From Capsulimonadaceae bacterium (GTDB lineage: Bacteria > Armatimonadota > Armatimonadia > Armatimonadales > Capsulimonadaceae), in assembly GCA_965215505.1 (NCBI GenBank), contig OZ244065.1, forward strand, positions 5,824,001 to 5,888,000: 64,000 nt of DNA, read 5' to 3'. Both the position numbers and the translations under genes were made by a program. This document shows, one piece after another, positions 48,655 through 58,291 of this stretch; within the stretch, counting starts at the first letter, position 1, and each line of letters opens with the position of its first letter. Below the pieces are notes generated by a model that saw nothing but the letters and a program-made list of their open reading frames with translations, made no database searches and was not told where the DNA came from.

Positions 48655-49827
48655 ATGCCCGAACCGTCACCGCAATCGTCACCGCCGCCCGCGCCGCCGC
48701 AGGTGGGCTTCTCCGCGCTGAAGATCGCCACCGTGGCGGGCATCCCGATCCGGCTGCACTTCACGTTCCTGCTGTTCCTGCTCTGGATCTATGTCGCAAG
48801 CCCCAGCAACGGGCGGCTGGTCAGCGTCGGGTACGTCCTGACCGTCTTCCTGTGCGTCGTGCTGCACGAGCTGGGGCACAGCCTGGTCGCCCTGCGCTGC
48901 GGCATCCCCGTGGCCGACATCACTCTGTACCCGATCGGCGGCGTCGCCAGCATCGAGAAGCGGCCTGACGCGCGTCAGGAACTCGTGATCGCCGTCGCCG
49001 GCCCCGCCGTCAACGTGGTTATCGCCGGCCTGCTGGCCGCCGTCCTGGCCGCCCAGGGGAAGCTGCCGCTGGCCGCCGACCTGTTCCACTTCGGCGGGGG
49101 CTTGACCGGCTTCGTGGCGGGCATCCTGAAGGCGAACATCTGGCTGGTCCTGTTCAACCTGATCCCCGCCTTCCCCATGGACGGCGGGCGGGTCCTACGC
49201 GCCGTCCTCGCGCTCAACATGCCGCCCAGCCGGGCGACACAGATCGCCTCCGGCGTCGGCCAGTCCATCGCCATCGCGGCGGGGGTCTGGGCGGTGATGA
49301 GTCACCCGCCGCAGTGGATGCTGATGTTTATTGCCCTGTTCATCTACATCGGCGCGGGCCAGGAGGCGTCGTCTTATGAGCAGGCCGCGTTAATCGCGGG
49401 CGTCCCCGTCCGCAGCGCCATGATGACCGACGTGCGAACTTTGACCGTGGGTAACACACTGAAAGAGGCCGCCGACGTGCTGCTGGACACCGCCCAGCAC
49501 GACTTCCCCGTCCTGCACGGGGACCAGGTGCAAGGGGTCCTTACCCGCAACGGGCTGCTGCGCGGTCTATCCGAAGCCGGGCCGTCCGGCTACGTCGCGG
49601 GGGCCATGAGCCGGCAGTTCGCCTCGGCGGGTCCTGACGACGACCTGGGCGAGACGCTGCCCGCCTTGCAGGCGCAGCCCGGCCCGCTGCTGATCATGGA
49701 CCCGGCCCGGCCCGGCAAGCTGCTGGGGCTGGTGACCAGCGAGAACATCCAAGAGTATTTCGCCATCAAACAGGTCGTCGCCGCCCGCGACGGCAAGAAC
49801 AGAAACGGTAAGAACGAACGAGTCTGA
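48655..49827 (+). CDS. site-2 protease (M50) with CBS domains
   Basis: HELGH, IGGVA, AGPAVN, FNLIPAFPMDGGR; C-terminal CBS pair. Confidence 0.93.
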   Translation: MPEPSPQSSPPPAPPQVGFSALKIATVAGIPIRLHFTFLLFLLWIYVASPSNGRLVSVGYVLTVFLCVVLHELGHSLVALRCGIPVADITLYPIGGVASIEKRPDARQELVIAVAGPAVNVVIAGLLAAVLAAQGKLPLAADLFHFGGGLTGFVAGILKANIWLVLFNLIPAFPMDGGRVLRAVLALNMPPSRATQIASGVGQSIAIAAGVWAVMSHPPQWMLMFIALFIYIGAGQEASSYEQAALIAGVPVRSAMMTDVRTLTVGNTLKEAADVLLDTAQHDFPVLHGDQVQGVLTRNGLLRGLSEAGPSGYVAGAMSRQFASAGPDDDLGETLPALQAQPGPLLIMDPARPGKLLGLVTSENIQEYFAIKQVVAARDGKNRNGKNERV

Positions 49828-49853
49828 ACGAAAGAGTCTGAACGAAAGAGTGT
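49812..49853 (+). repeat. 3 x 14-bp tandem repeat spanning the S2P stop and the yhbH RBS region
   Basis: GAACGAACGAGTCT / GAACGAAAGAGTCT / GAACGAAAGAGTGT. Confidence 0.85.
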
Positions 49854-49858
49854 AAACT

Positions 49859-51031
49859 ATGGCCGATCCGCTGTATTCTCTCTCCAATGACCCCTGGGAC
49901 CTGCACCGGCGCGCGGACCGCGACCGGGGGCGTCACAACGACAAGATCAAGGAGGTCATCAAGCAGAACCTCGGCGACATCATCTCCCAGCAGGACATCA
50001 TCACCGCCGACCGGGGTAAGATCGTCAAGGTCCCCGTGCGCGGGCTGGAGCTGCCGCGCATCCGCTTCGACCCGCACGACCGCCAGCGCATCGGCCAGGG
50101 GCCGGGGGGCACCAAGCCCGGCGACGTCATCGGCCGCGCCCCCTCCAATAAGGAAGGCCAGGGCGTCGGCAAGAAAGCCGGCCAGGACCCCGGCGTGGAC
50201 TATTACGAGGCCGAGTTCACCCTGGATGAGCTGGCCCAGATGGTCTTCGAAGACCTGTCGCTGCCGAACCTGGAGGACAAAGGGGCCAAGCAGATCCTCT
50301 CGGAACACGCCGAGTTCAACACCATCACCCGGCGCGGACTCGCTTCCAACCTCGACCGCAAGCGGACATTGCTGGAAGCCTACCGGCGCAACGCCCGGCT
50401 CGGCAACGAGAACAAGTGGGAGGTGCGCCCCGAAGACAAGCGTTTCAAGAACTACGAGCTTGTCACCGAGCCGCAGCGCAACGCCGTCGTCTTCGCCATG
50501 CGCGATGTGTCCGGCTCCATGGGCGAGTTCGAGGCCTACATCTGCCGCTCGTTTTACTTCTGGATGACGCAGTTCCTCAGAACAAAATACACCAACACCG
50601 AGATCGTCTTCATCACCTGCCACACCGAGGCCAAAGAGGTGACGGAAAACCAGTTCTTCAGCCTCGGCGACAGCGGCGGGACGCGCATGAGCAGCGCCTA
50701 CCGTCTGGCCCTGGACATCATCGGCAAGCGCTACAACCCGCGCGAGTGGAACATCTACCCGTTCCTCTTCTCCGACGGCTACAACTGGGGCGACGCCGAA
50801 TGCGTGGACCTGGTCAAGAAGATGCGCGACCTGTGCAACCTGATCGGCTACGGCGAGATCGGCAGCGACGGCTGGCAGTCTTCCTTCGGCTTCGCCCCGC
50901 TCGGCCAGGCCTACGAGGAGGCCTTCAGCGCCGACCCGCGCGTCGTCCTGGTCAAGATCAACGACAAGGAAGACGTCTGGCCCGCGCTCAAAAAGTTCTT
51001 CGCCAAGGGGCATCCTGAGATCGCCCACTGA
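49859..51031 (+). CDS. yhbH: YhbH/YeaH (DUF444) vWA-like partner of PrkA
   Basis: RH..KIKEVIK.NL, LSLPNL, MRDVSGSM, SGGT..SSAY, WNIYPFLFSDG.N. Confidence 0.92.
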   Translation: MADPLYSLSNDPWDLHRRADRDRGRHNDKIKEVIKQNLGDIISQQDIITADRGKIVKVPVRGLELPRIRFDPHDRQRIGQGPGGTKPGDVIGRAPSNKEGQGVGKKAGQDPGVDYYEAEFTLDELAQMVFEDLSLPNLEDKGAKQILSEHAEFNTITRRGLASNLDRKRTLLEAYRRNARLGNENKWEVRPEDKRFKNYELVTEPQRNAVVFAMRDVSGSMGEFEAYICRSFYFWMTQFLRTKYTNTEIVFITCHTEAKEVTENQFFSLGDSGGTRMSSAYRLALDIIGKRYNPREWNIYPFLFSDGYNWGDAECVDLVKKMRDLCNLIGYGEIGSDGWQSSFGFAPLGQAYEEAFSADPRVVLVKINDKEDVWPALKKFFAKGHPEIAH

Positions 51032-51347
51032 GTAGCTGGGGCGGCGGTAAAAGGCACTGAAGACACAGTTAAAAATGTGGCTGGCTTCGTCTGTCTGCTG
51101 AAAAAGCGTCGCTGGCTTCTTGGCAACCTCGCGTTGTGAACGGGGCTAACGGCATTTTGTCAACTCTGCCGCCGGGTTCTCAGTGCAACCAGAACAAGCT
51201 GACAATCACCGTAGATGCTCCAGAAATAGCTATTGATGCCGCAGCTTTTTCTGGTACACTTACTGTACGGTGGTCAAGGGGAAGGTCGTAAAAGCAGGAA
51301 CATATTTAGGTCAGGGAAAAATTTGAAGCTGGTGAACAGGACACAGG

Positions 51348-52457
51348 ATGACCAATCTTAGAGAAAATTTAGTTTTGCTACAGCAAAAGGCTCGGGAGCG
51401 CACAGTTAAGACTCAGAATATTGAGTACGACCTGGAAACTCTTGTCAAGAAGATCAAGCGCGGAACAATAAAGCTAGACCCTGATTATCAGAGGCGTCAT
51501 AGGTGGTCGGACGAAACTTCCTCCCGTCTGATTGAGAGTCTGATCCTCAACATTCCGATACCGCTAATCTACCTCTCGCAAGATGTTGATGTTGATGAGG
51601 AGGACAGTGACGATAACGCGCGGTACTCTGTCATCGACGGTCAGCAAAGACTCACTGCGATCACCAAATATCTGAGTAATGAATTCGCACTGAGTGATTT
51701 ACAAACCCTCAAGGAACTTGATGGGGCTTTTTATAAAGACCTTCCTCCATTTCTAATCCGGAGGCTAGAAGAGCGAACCATAAAATGCCTCCGGATAGAC
51801 TCGACTGTTGATGCCCAAGTCAAATACGATATATTTGAAAGGCTAAACTCTGGCTCTATCAAGCTGGAACCGCAGGAGCTTCGGAACGCCCTATATGGAG
51901 GTCCTTTCAACGATCTTATAAAACGGCTAGCCACAGACCCAAACTTCCGCATCATGCTCCATATCAACTTAGATAACCCGATTAATAGTAGTCGTGTAAA
52001 AAAGATGGAAGACGCGGAACTCGTTTTGAGGTTTTTCGCCCTCAGCAACGGCAACTACAAAACGTTCAGAGGTGGCTTTAAGACATTTTTAGACACCGAA
52101 ATGGAGAAGTTTTCTCTCCTAAACAGCGTACAGTTGCTCGATCTTGAGAAAACCTTTCTAAGAACGATGAAAATCATCCGCCAGTTTTTTGGGGACTCAG
52201 CGTTCGCGAAGTTCAGGTGTGAAGACGGTGTTTTCATCGAGATGTCTAACTTCAATGTCGCTGTCTATGACGCATTATCAAACGCAGTTGCCATAGAGGT
52301 AGATCCGCTGGAGCCGCGAATAACGCCGGATGCAGTACAGCGATACCGCGACCTCTTTGCAGATAGTGGCTTCTTCGCATCCATAGAAGGTGGCACCGCC
52401 GACAAGGCCAAGGTTATCACTAGAATTGACGCTGCTAGGCAGGCGTTGTCAGGATGA
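51348..52457 (+). CDS. DUF262 (GmrSD N-terminal/ParB-like) protein
   Basis: PDYQRRHRW, LIESLILNIPIP, VIDGQQRL, FERLN..L..QELRN; visibly AT-richer than its flanks. Confidence 0.9.
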   Translation: MTNLRENLVLLQQKARERTVKTQNIEYDLETLVKKIKRGTIKLDPDYQRRHRWSDETSSRLIESLILNIPIPLIYLSQDVDVDEEDSDDNARYSVIDGQQRLTAITKYLSNEFALSDLQTLKELDGAFYKDLPPFLIRRLEERTIKCLRIDSTVDAQVKYDIFERLNSGSIKLEPQELRNALYGGPFNDLIKRLATDPNFRIMLHINLDNPINSSRVKKMEDAELVLRFFALSNGNYKTFRGGFKTFLDTEMEKFSLLNSVQLLDLEKTFLRTMKIIRQFFGDSAFAKFRCEDGVFIEMSNFNVAVYDALSNAVAIEVDPLEPRITPDAVQRYRDLFADSGFFASIEGGTADKAKVITRIDAARQALSG

Positions 52458-53266
52458 CAACTTTCGCTCGCGATCTTGTTGACTCCCTCGACGCGAGATG
52501 GTCTGAAATCAATTTGTTGATCGCTGAGGCCGAGAGCAGAGCAAGCGATATCGACCTCTACAATGCAATCTGCCGCTCTATCTCTGTACTGATGGTCGCT
52601 CAGTTCGAGGGATTTACGAGAGATGCGGCGCGAGCGATTTTGGACGACATCAACACGTTCTCGTCATTTAGGCAAGCTCCTTCAGCTCTGAAGCAAACAT
52701 TCTGTCGCTCGTTCTTGGAAAAAGAGGATGGGGTAAATAGCAAGGAACTTCAGTCGCGCATCCAGAAGTTAATCAGCACTTTCGATGGCTTAGAAACCAA
52801 ATTCACGCTTGAGCCTTTTTTGGTGAGGGACTCTCACGACTATAACAAAAACCCGTCCCCATCAGTCATTGACCGGATCACAGAAAACTTCGGCGTCCGT
52901 AAATTCTTCACCGTACTAGACGGTTCCGATCTCGATGCCGTATTCAGCGATACCGCACCAGAAGTCGACAAGTTGAAGAATCGAATCAAAAGTTATGTCA
53001 TTACGGGTGTCGAAAACTACCCCTACATATTGGACTCTGCCGCCTTCAATGTTGGAGTCGTGACTGTGCAGATGGGAACATCTACTGGTAAGAAGCGAAC
53101 TTTCTGGGAAGACTTCCTAGACAACGTGATGTCTAAGCGACACGGTATCGCTCATGGATCAATTTCCAATAATCCCAACTCAGTTGAAGAAATCAGAAGT
53201 AGCTTAGTCAAGCTTGAGATTCTTCAGTTAGCCATCCTTATGATGGTTTGTGAAAAATCAGTTTGA
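52454..53266 (+). CDS. HEPN-domain protein (MAE_28990/RiboL-PSP-like)
   Basis: V..FEGF N-terminal motif, NP, RHGIAHG (RxxxxH); ATGA coupling to the DUF262 gene. Confidence 0.8.
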   Translation: MTTFARDLVDSLDARWSEINLLIAEAESRASDIDLYNAICRSISVLMVAQFEGFTRDAARAILDDINTFSSFRQAPSALKQTFCRSFLEKEDGVNSKELQSRIQKLISTFDGLETKFTLEPFLVRDSHDYNKNPSPSVIDRITENFGVRKFFTVLDGSDLDAVFSDTAPEVDKLKNRIKSYVITGVENYPYILDSAAFNVGVVTVQMGTSTGKKRTFWEDFLDNVMSKRHGIAHGSISNNPNSVEEIRSSLVKLEILQLAILMMVCEKSV

Positions 53267-53282
53267 ACGAAGCAGCGACCTG

Positions 53283-54419
53283 CTACTCCGGCAGCGCCTC
53301 CACCGCCCGCTCGATCTCCTCATGTGTATTATAGAAGTGCGGCGAGAACCGCAGCTTGCCGCCCCGCACCGCCCCCGTCACGCCCGCCGCCGTCAGCGCC
53401 TCCAGGACAGCCTCGTTGGTGTGCGTCGGGTGCTGGAACATGACCAGACCCGCGCGCTGATGGTCGGCGCGGGGCGACGTGACCTGACAGCCCTTCGCTT
53501 CCAGCTTCTCGGCGGCATGAGCGGTCAGGGTCAGGACTTGCGCGGCGATGGCCTCCGTCCCGACCTCTTCCAGCAGCGACAGGGCCGTGTCCAGGCCAGC
53601 GATCCCCAGCCCGTTCGGGCTGCCTTCCTCGAAGCGCTGGGCGGTGGGCTTGACGGTGAAGTCTAGCGGGTCGAACTTGGCGACGTCCACAACCGCGCCC
53701 GCCCCCATGTTGACCAGGCGCATCCGCTCCAGGGCGTGGGGCGCGATGTACAGCCCGCCCATCCCCGCCGGGGCCATCAGCCACTTGTGCGAGCCGGTGA
53801 CGGCGATGTCCACCCCCCGTGCCTCGGCTTCCAGCGGCAGGACACCCAGGCCCTGGATGACGTCCACGATGAACAAGGCCCCATGCGCGTGGGCCAGAGC
53901 GGCGCAGGCGGCCAGGTCGCAGCGGAAGCCCGTCCCAAACTGCACCCAGGAGAGGGTCAGGACGCGCGTCCGGTCGTCCATGACGGCGGCCAGGTCATCC
54001 GGCGTGAACACACCATCGGCGCGCGGCGTGACCAGGCGTGTCTCGATACCTCGGTCGGCTTGCGCGTACCAGGGATAGACGACGCTCGGGTACTCACAGT
54101 CCACGCTCACCACATTGTCGCCCGGTTCCAGCCGCAGCCCGTCCGCGACGATGGACAGTCCGTGCCCCGTGTTCTTGACCAGGGCCAGGTGTTCGGCGGG
54201 GACGCCCATCAGCCGGGCCAGCCGGGTCCGCGCTGATTCGCGCCGGGCCATGACCCCCTCCGCGCCCATGAAGAACTCCATCGGATCGCGCCCCGAGAGG
54301 GCGGCGGTCTCCTGGACGGCGCGGACGACGCGGGCCGGGGCGGGCGAAACGCCGGCATGGTTGAGGTAGACGCCCCGCGCGGTGGAGGGCGCAAATTCGG
54401 TGTCACGGTATGGCTGCAT
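53283..54419 (-). CDS. class V aminotransferase / cysteine desulfurase-like PLP enzyme
   Basis: YLNHAG, EYPS..YPW, VDVIQ, GSHKWLMAP.G, RFEEG, RFSPHFYN. Confidence 0.9.
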   Translation of the reverse strand: MQPYRDTEFAPSTARGVYLNHAGVSPAPARVVRAVQETAALSGRDPMEFFMGAEGVMARRESARTRLARLMGVPAEHLALVKNTGHGLSIVADGLRLEPGDNVVSVDCEYPSVVYPWYAQADRGIETRLVTPRADGVFTPDDLAAVMDDRTRVLTLSWVQFGTGFRCDLAACAALAHAHGALFIVDVIQGLGVLPLEAEARGVDIAVTGSHKWLMAPAGMGGLYIAPHALERMRLVNMGAGAVVDVAKFDPLDFTVKPTAQRFEEGSPNGLGIAGLDTALSLLEEVGTEAIAAQVLTLTAHAAEKLEAKGCQVTSPRADHQRAGLVMFQHPTHTNEAVLEALTAAGVTGAVRGGKLRFSPHFYNTHEEIERAVEALPE

Positions 54420-54500
54420 GACAGGTATAATACCCATTATCTCAATCTCTCGACGGCGCAGCCCGGCAGGCCGGACGTGCCGAAGTCCAGGAGGCAAGAC

Positions 54501-54797
54501 ATGACTGCGGAAGACGCCGAAATCGGGCGCAACGTGCGCCGCGAACTCGGCAAACGGCCCATCAACTCCACCATGGTGGACGTCCAGGTCAAGGCCGGCA
54601 AGATCACGCTCACGGGCCGGCTGACGCACCTGCGGGACGACAAGACCGTCAACCTCCGGTCCGAGATCGATGTCGTGATGAAGAACATGACGCGCGACCG
54701 CCTCGTCAAAGGCTTTTTCGACCAGTTGCAGTACGCCATCGACCACGGCGACGACGGCGAGAAGGACCGGGGCAGCCGCGGGCGCATGCGGACGTGA
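54501..54797 (+). CDS. BON-domain-like small protein
   Basis: AGGAGG SD; D..I...V..EL..VDVQVKAGKITLTG. Confidence 0.65.
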   Translation: MTAEDAEIGRNVRRELGKRPINSTMVDVQVKAGKITLTGRLTHLRDDKTVNLRSEIDVVMKNMTRDRLVKGFFDQLQYAIDHGDDGEKDRGSRGRMRT

Positions 54798-54890
54798 CCG
54801 CGACCGCCGCTTCAGACGGATGCCGCCTTCGCCCTGTACGAAAAGACGCGCGGGGCGAGGCCCCTCCCCGTGCCAAGAAAGTGAGCCGCA

Positions 54891-55184
54891 ATGGTACAGA
54901 GGCAGCCAGTCAAGACTTACCGTGTCACCTGGGATGAGCTGATGAGCCGCCGCAGCGAGATCGCCCCCGGTGCCGTGCTGGAAGTCAGCGTCTACGAGCC
55001 GGAGGCCGCGCCGAAGGTGTCTGCCAAGAACGCCGCCGCCATCGCCTACTTAAAACAGCGCATCTCTGAAGAGGCCACGGATGACCCGGAAGATATCCGC
55101 GCGGCTGACGCCGAAGTCAATGAGCTGATGGAGAATCTGAACAGGAATCGGATCGAAGCCGGGGAGAGGCCTCTCTTTCCATGA
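54891..55184 (+). CDS. putative antitoxin
   Basis: 97 aa, acidic C-terminus, ATGA-coupled to the PIN gene. Confidence 0.65.
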   Translation: MVQRQPVKTYRVTWDELMSRRSEIAPGAVLEVSVYEPEAAPKVSAKNAAAIAYLKQRISEEATDDPEDIRAADAEVNELMENLNRNRIEAGERPLFP

Positions 55185-55633
55185 CGCTCCACATCCTGCT
55201 TGACTCCAGCCCGCTGGGGCTTCTGTCAAAGCCCATTCGCGGCACGGCCGCCCCCATTGCTAGCTGGGCGGTGGCCTGTCTCGCCGCCGGTCACGAACTC
55301 TACGTCCCAGAAGTGATTGATTATGAGTTGAGACGGGAGTTACTGCGGGCGGGCAAAGTGAACAGCATCAGAGAACTGGACGGGCTCAAATCCGCGCTCA
55401 ACTTCCTGCCGATTACAAGCCCCGCCATGCTCCTCGCCGCCGATCTCTGGGCAACGTCCCGGCAGAGCGGCCAGCCGACCGGCGACCCGAAGAAGCTGGA
55501 TATTGATGTCATCCTCGCCGCCCAGGCCTTGACCCTCGGCGTCCCCACCGGCGACTTGATTGTGGCGACCAGCAACGTCGCCCATATCTCCCGGTTCGTG
55601 CCTGCCGACCTGTGGAGTAATATCAAGCCGTAG
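55181..55633 (+). CDS. PIN-domain (VapC-like) toxin
   Basis: ILLDSS, PEVIDYELRRE, LDIDVILAAQA, VATSNVAH. Confidence 0.85.
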   Translation: MTLHILLDSSPLGLLSKPIRGTAAPIASWAVACLAAGHELYVPEVIDYELRRELLRAGKVNSIRELDGLKSALNFLPITSPAMLLAADLWATSRQSGQPTGDPKKLDIDVILAAQALTLGVPTGDLIVATSNVAHISRFVPADLWSNIKP

Positions 55634-55728
55634 GATGAGAGTGCTGTTCAGCGAAATGGGAAGTGGAGAAGGCGTGACGGCGCGAGAACACAAGATAAAA
55701 TGTCAAAACGAACTGGTACAATGACCCC

Positions 55729-56751
55729 ATGAGCGAACGGATGATCTCCCCACAGGCGGGCGACGAGGACAGCGACGAGTATTCGCTGCGGCCCAAACGG
55801 CTGCGCGAGTTCATCGGGCAGCCCAAGATCAAGGAGAGCCTGAGCATCTTCCTGCTGGCCGCACAGCGGCGCGGGGAGGCGCTGGACCACGTCCTGCTGC
55901 ACGGGCCGCCGGGCCTGGGCAAGACCTCGCTGTCGCTGATCATCGCCAACGAAATGGGGGCGGCCTTGCGGGCAACCTCCGGGCCGGCCATCGAGCGGCC
56001 CGGCGACCTGGTGGCGATCCTGACGAACCTGGAAGCAGGCAGCGTCCTGTTCCTGGACGAGATTCACCGGCTGTCCCGGCCCGCCGAGGAGATCCTCTAC
56101 TCGGCGATGGAAGACTACCAGGTAGACATCGTCATCGGGCAGGGGCCGTCGGCACGGACGGTCAAGCTGGACGTGCAGCCGTTCACCCTCGTCGGCGCGA
56201 CCACGCGGGCGGGCCTGCTGTCGTCGCCGCTCCGGGACCGCTTCGGCATCCAGCACACGTTCGAGTTTTACACTCCCGAGGACCTGGTGGAGATCATCAC
56301 GCGCTCGGCGGCGATCCTGGACGTGCCGATTGACCTGGACGGGGCAGGGGAGCTGGCGCGTCGCTCGCGCGGGACGCCGCGCGTCGCCAACCGCCTGCTC
56401 AAGCGCGTCCGCGACTTCGCCCAGGTGAAGGCGGACGGCCACATCAGCCGCGAGGTCGCCGCCGCCGCCCTGGCGATGCTGGAGGTGGACGCGCTGGGGC
56501 TGGACGAGTTCGACCGCCGTCTGCTGCGTATCCTCATCGAGAAGTTCGGCGGCGGCCCGGTCGGCGTCGAAACCCTGGCGGCCGCCATGTCCGAGGAGCG
56601 GGACACCTTGGAGGACGTCTACGAGCCGTACCTGATGCAGATGGGCTTCTTGCAGCGGACGCCGCGCGGGCGGGTCGCCACCCGCCGCGCCTGGGAGCAT
56701 CTGGGCCTGACCCCGCCACCGCAGCAGCCGGGGCAGGGCGGCTTGTTCTGA
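55729..56751 (+). CDS. ruvB: Holliday junction branch migration helicase RuvB
   Basis: [47 protein letters not shown]. Confidence 0.98.
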   Translation: MSERMISPQAGDEDSDEYSLRPKRLREFIGQPKIKESLSIFLLAAQRRGEALDHVLLHGPPGLGKTSLSLIIANEMGAALRATSGPAIERPGDLVAILTNLEAGSVLFLDEIHRLSRPAEEILYSAMEDYQVDIVIGQGPSARTVKLDVQPFTLVGATTRAGLLSSPLRDRFGIQHTFEFYTPEDLVEIITRSAAILDVPIDLDGAGELARRSRGTPRVANRLLKRVRDFAQVKADGHISREVAAAALAMLEVDALGLDEFDRRLLRILIEKFGGGPVGVETLAAAMSEERDTLEDVYEPYLMQMGFLQRTPRGRVATRRAWEHLGLTPPPQQPGQGGLF

Positions 56752-56781
56752 GGGATGCGCCCCAGCCTGGCCCGCTCGCCC

Positions 56782-56810
56782 TTGACAAAGCCCCGGATGT
56801 GTGATATTCT
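56782..56810 (+). promoter_or_regulatory. sigma70 promoter of the TPR/PilZ cluster
   Basis: TTGACA-17-(TG)TATTCT; 2 x 14-bp repeat GAGAGACTTYGTAA (56853-56880) just before the RBS. Confidence 0.7.
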
Positions 56811-56890
56811 TAGGGGAGGAAGTTAGACAAGACTTCGCCAGAATGACCACCCGAGAGACTTTGTAAGAGAGACTTCGTAAGGAGCAGCAA

Positions 56891-58291
56891 GTGCATTGCC
56901 ACGACTGCAACACGGCCAACACCGTGGACAGCAAATATTGTAAAGAATGCGGTGCCAAGATCAACGAGGGATACCGGACGATGATGCTGTCGGTCCAGGA
57001 CCTCCCGTTAGGCCAGAGTGATGAAACCCTGGACCGTCTGACGCGCCTGCTGGACATGGCCTTCTGGCACAACGAGGCGGGCAACCTCGCCGCCGCCATC
57101 ACGGCGAGTGAGGCGGCCCTCGCGATCAACCCCAACTCCACCACGGCGCATTCCCTGCTGGGATCGCTCTACGAGAAGAAGGGCGACGACGCCCAGGCCA
57201 TCAACCACTTTGAAGCGGTCCTGGCCCTGAACCCGGAGAGCGCCGCCGATGCCGCCAAGCTGGACCAGATCCGGCGTGGCGTCCACGTCAAGGCCGTCGC
57301 GCCGCCGATCACGCACCAGCTGGTGCCGCCGGTCCTGGTGAAGCTCGGGCCGACACTGCGGCAGAAGTGGGCGGGGCTGTCCGAGGCCACTGCCTTGCGC
57401 GCAGGCGAGCCGGGGCTTGGCCTCCAGCGCCGGCCGCTCTATGCGGCGGGCGCGGTCGCGGGGGTCGTCCTGCTGGCGGGCCTGGCTGTGGCGCGGCCCT
57501 GGGCCGGCACACAGACGGCCGGGAACACGGTCCCCGCCGCGCCGCAGCCTAGCTCCGCAAGCCGTTCAGCCTTCGCCGGAATGGTGGCCTCGGCTGCCCC
57601 TGTCGCCGCACCCGCCCCGCCGCTCATCCTGACGCCCGCGCCGCCTTCGGGGACAGCCTCGTATCCGGCCCCAACGGCCGTGACACATGACCCCTTCGTC
57701 GGGCGCGTACCTGCGCCCACCCCACCGGACACCGCCTCGCCCGCCTGGTCCCTGCCCCCCGTACTCCCCCACGCGGCGGCTGCCCGGCGACGCCGACTAG
57801 CCGGCCATGATCTGCCGCCCCTGCGCCTGGCCGCCCTGCCCATGGTCAGCTCCGACGGGGGTATCGCGCCCGCGCCGGTCACCCTGCCTGCGGGCGTCAC
57901 GGCCCCGATGGCGTCCATCGCCTCCATCCCCCAGCACACGGTCGTCGTCGGCTCGCTCGCGGGCGGGACGGGCAGCGTGCCCGCCCAACCCGATGCGCCC
58001 TCGCACATCCGCATCACGGTCCACCAGGTCAGCGACGCCGACAACGCCGACGCCCCGATCGAGTCGAGTGGCGGGAGCGCGCCGGACGGCGGCAGTGCGA
58101 AGGGAGCCTCCTACCAGGAGAACGCCCTGTCCTTGCAGCAGGGCGGCCAGTTCAAGCAGGCGCGTCTCGCCTACCAGCGCGCCATCCGCGCGTATGAGTC
58201 GCAGATTGCTTCCGGGCAGGACTTGGAAACCGCCCAGCGCGGCCTCGCGGCCTGCCAGACAGGACTTCAGATTTGTCAGCAAAGCCAGTAG
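56891..58291 (+). CDS. zinc-ribbon - TPR - TM - Pro/Ala-rich - TPR-like protein
   Basis: CHDC..CKECG, TPR pair, TM segment AVAGVVLLAGLAVA, low-complexity linker. Confidence 0.75.
   Translation: MHCHDCNTANTVDSKYCKECGAKINEGYRTMMLSVQDLPLGQSDETLDRLTRLLDMAFWHNEAGNLAAAITASEAALAINPNSTTAHSLLGSLYEKKGDDAQAINHFEAVLALNPESAADAAKLDQIRRGVHVKAVAPPITHQLVPPVLVKLGPTLRQKWAGLSEATALRAGEPGLGLQRRPLYAAGAVAGVVLLAGLAVARPWAGTQTAGNTVPAAPQPSSASRSAFAGMVASAAPVAAPAPPLILTPAPPSGTASYPAPTAVTHDPFVGRVPAPTPPDTASPAWSLPPVLPHAAAARRRRLAGHDLPPLRLAALPMVSSDGGIAPAPVTLPAGVTAPMASIASIPQHTVVVGSLAGGTGSVPAQPDAPSHIRITVHQVSDADNADAPIESSGGSAPDGGSAKGASYQENALSLQQGGQFKQARLAYQRAIRAYESQIASGQDLETAQRGLAACQTGLQICQQSQ

Noticed and set aside
49812-49853. Short direct repeats as a CRISPR array
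   Set aside because: Contiguous 14-bp units with no spacers, and no cas genes anywhere in the window.
51032-51347. ncRNA or mobile-element end upstream of the DUF262 gene
   Set aside because: No convincing hairpin, terminal repeat or ORF was recognised; treated as the cassette's promoter and junction region.
55680-55728. LexA box upstream of ruvB
   Set aside because: Only GAAC half-sites are present; there is no GAAC-N4-GTTY.
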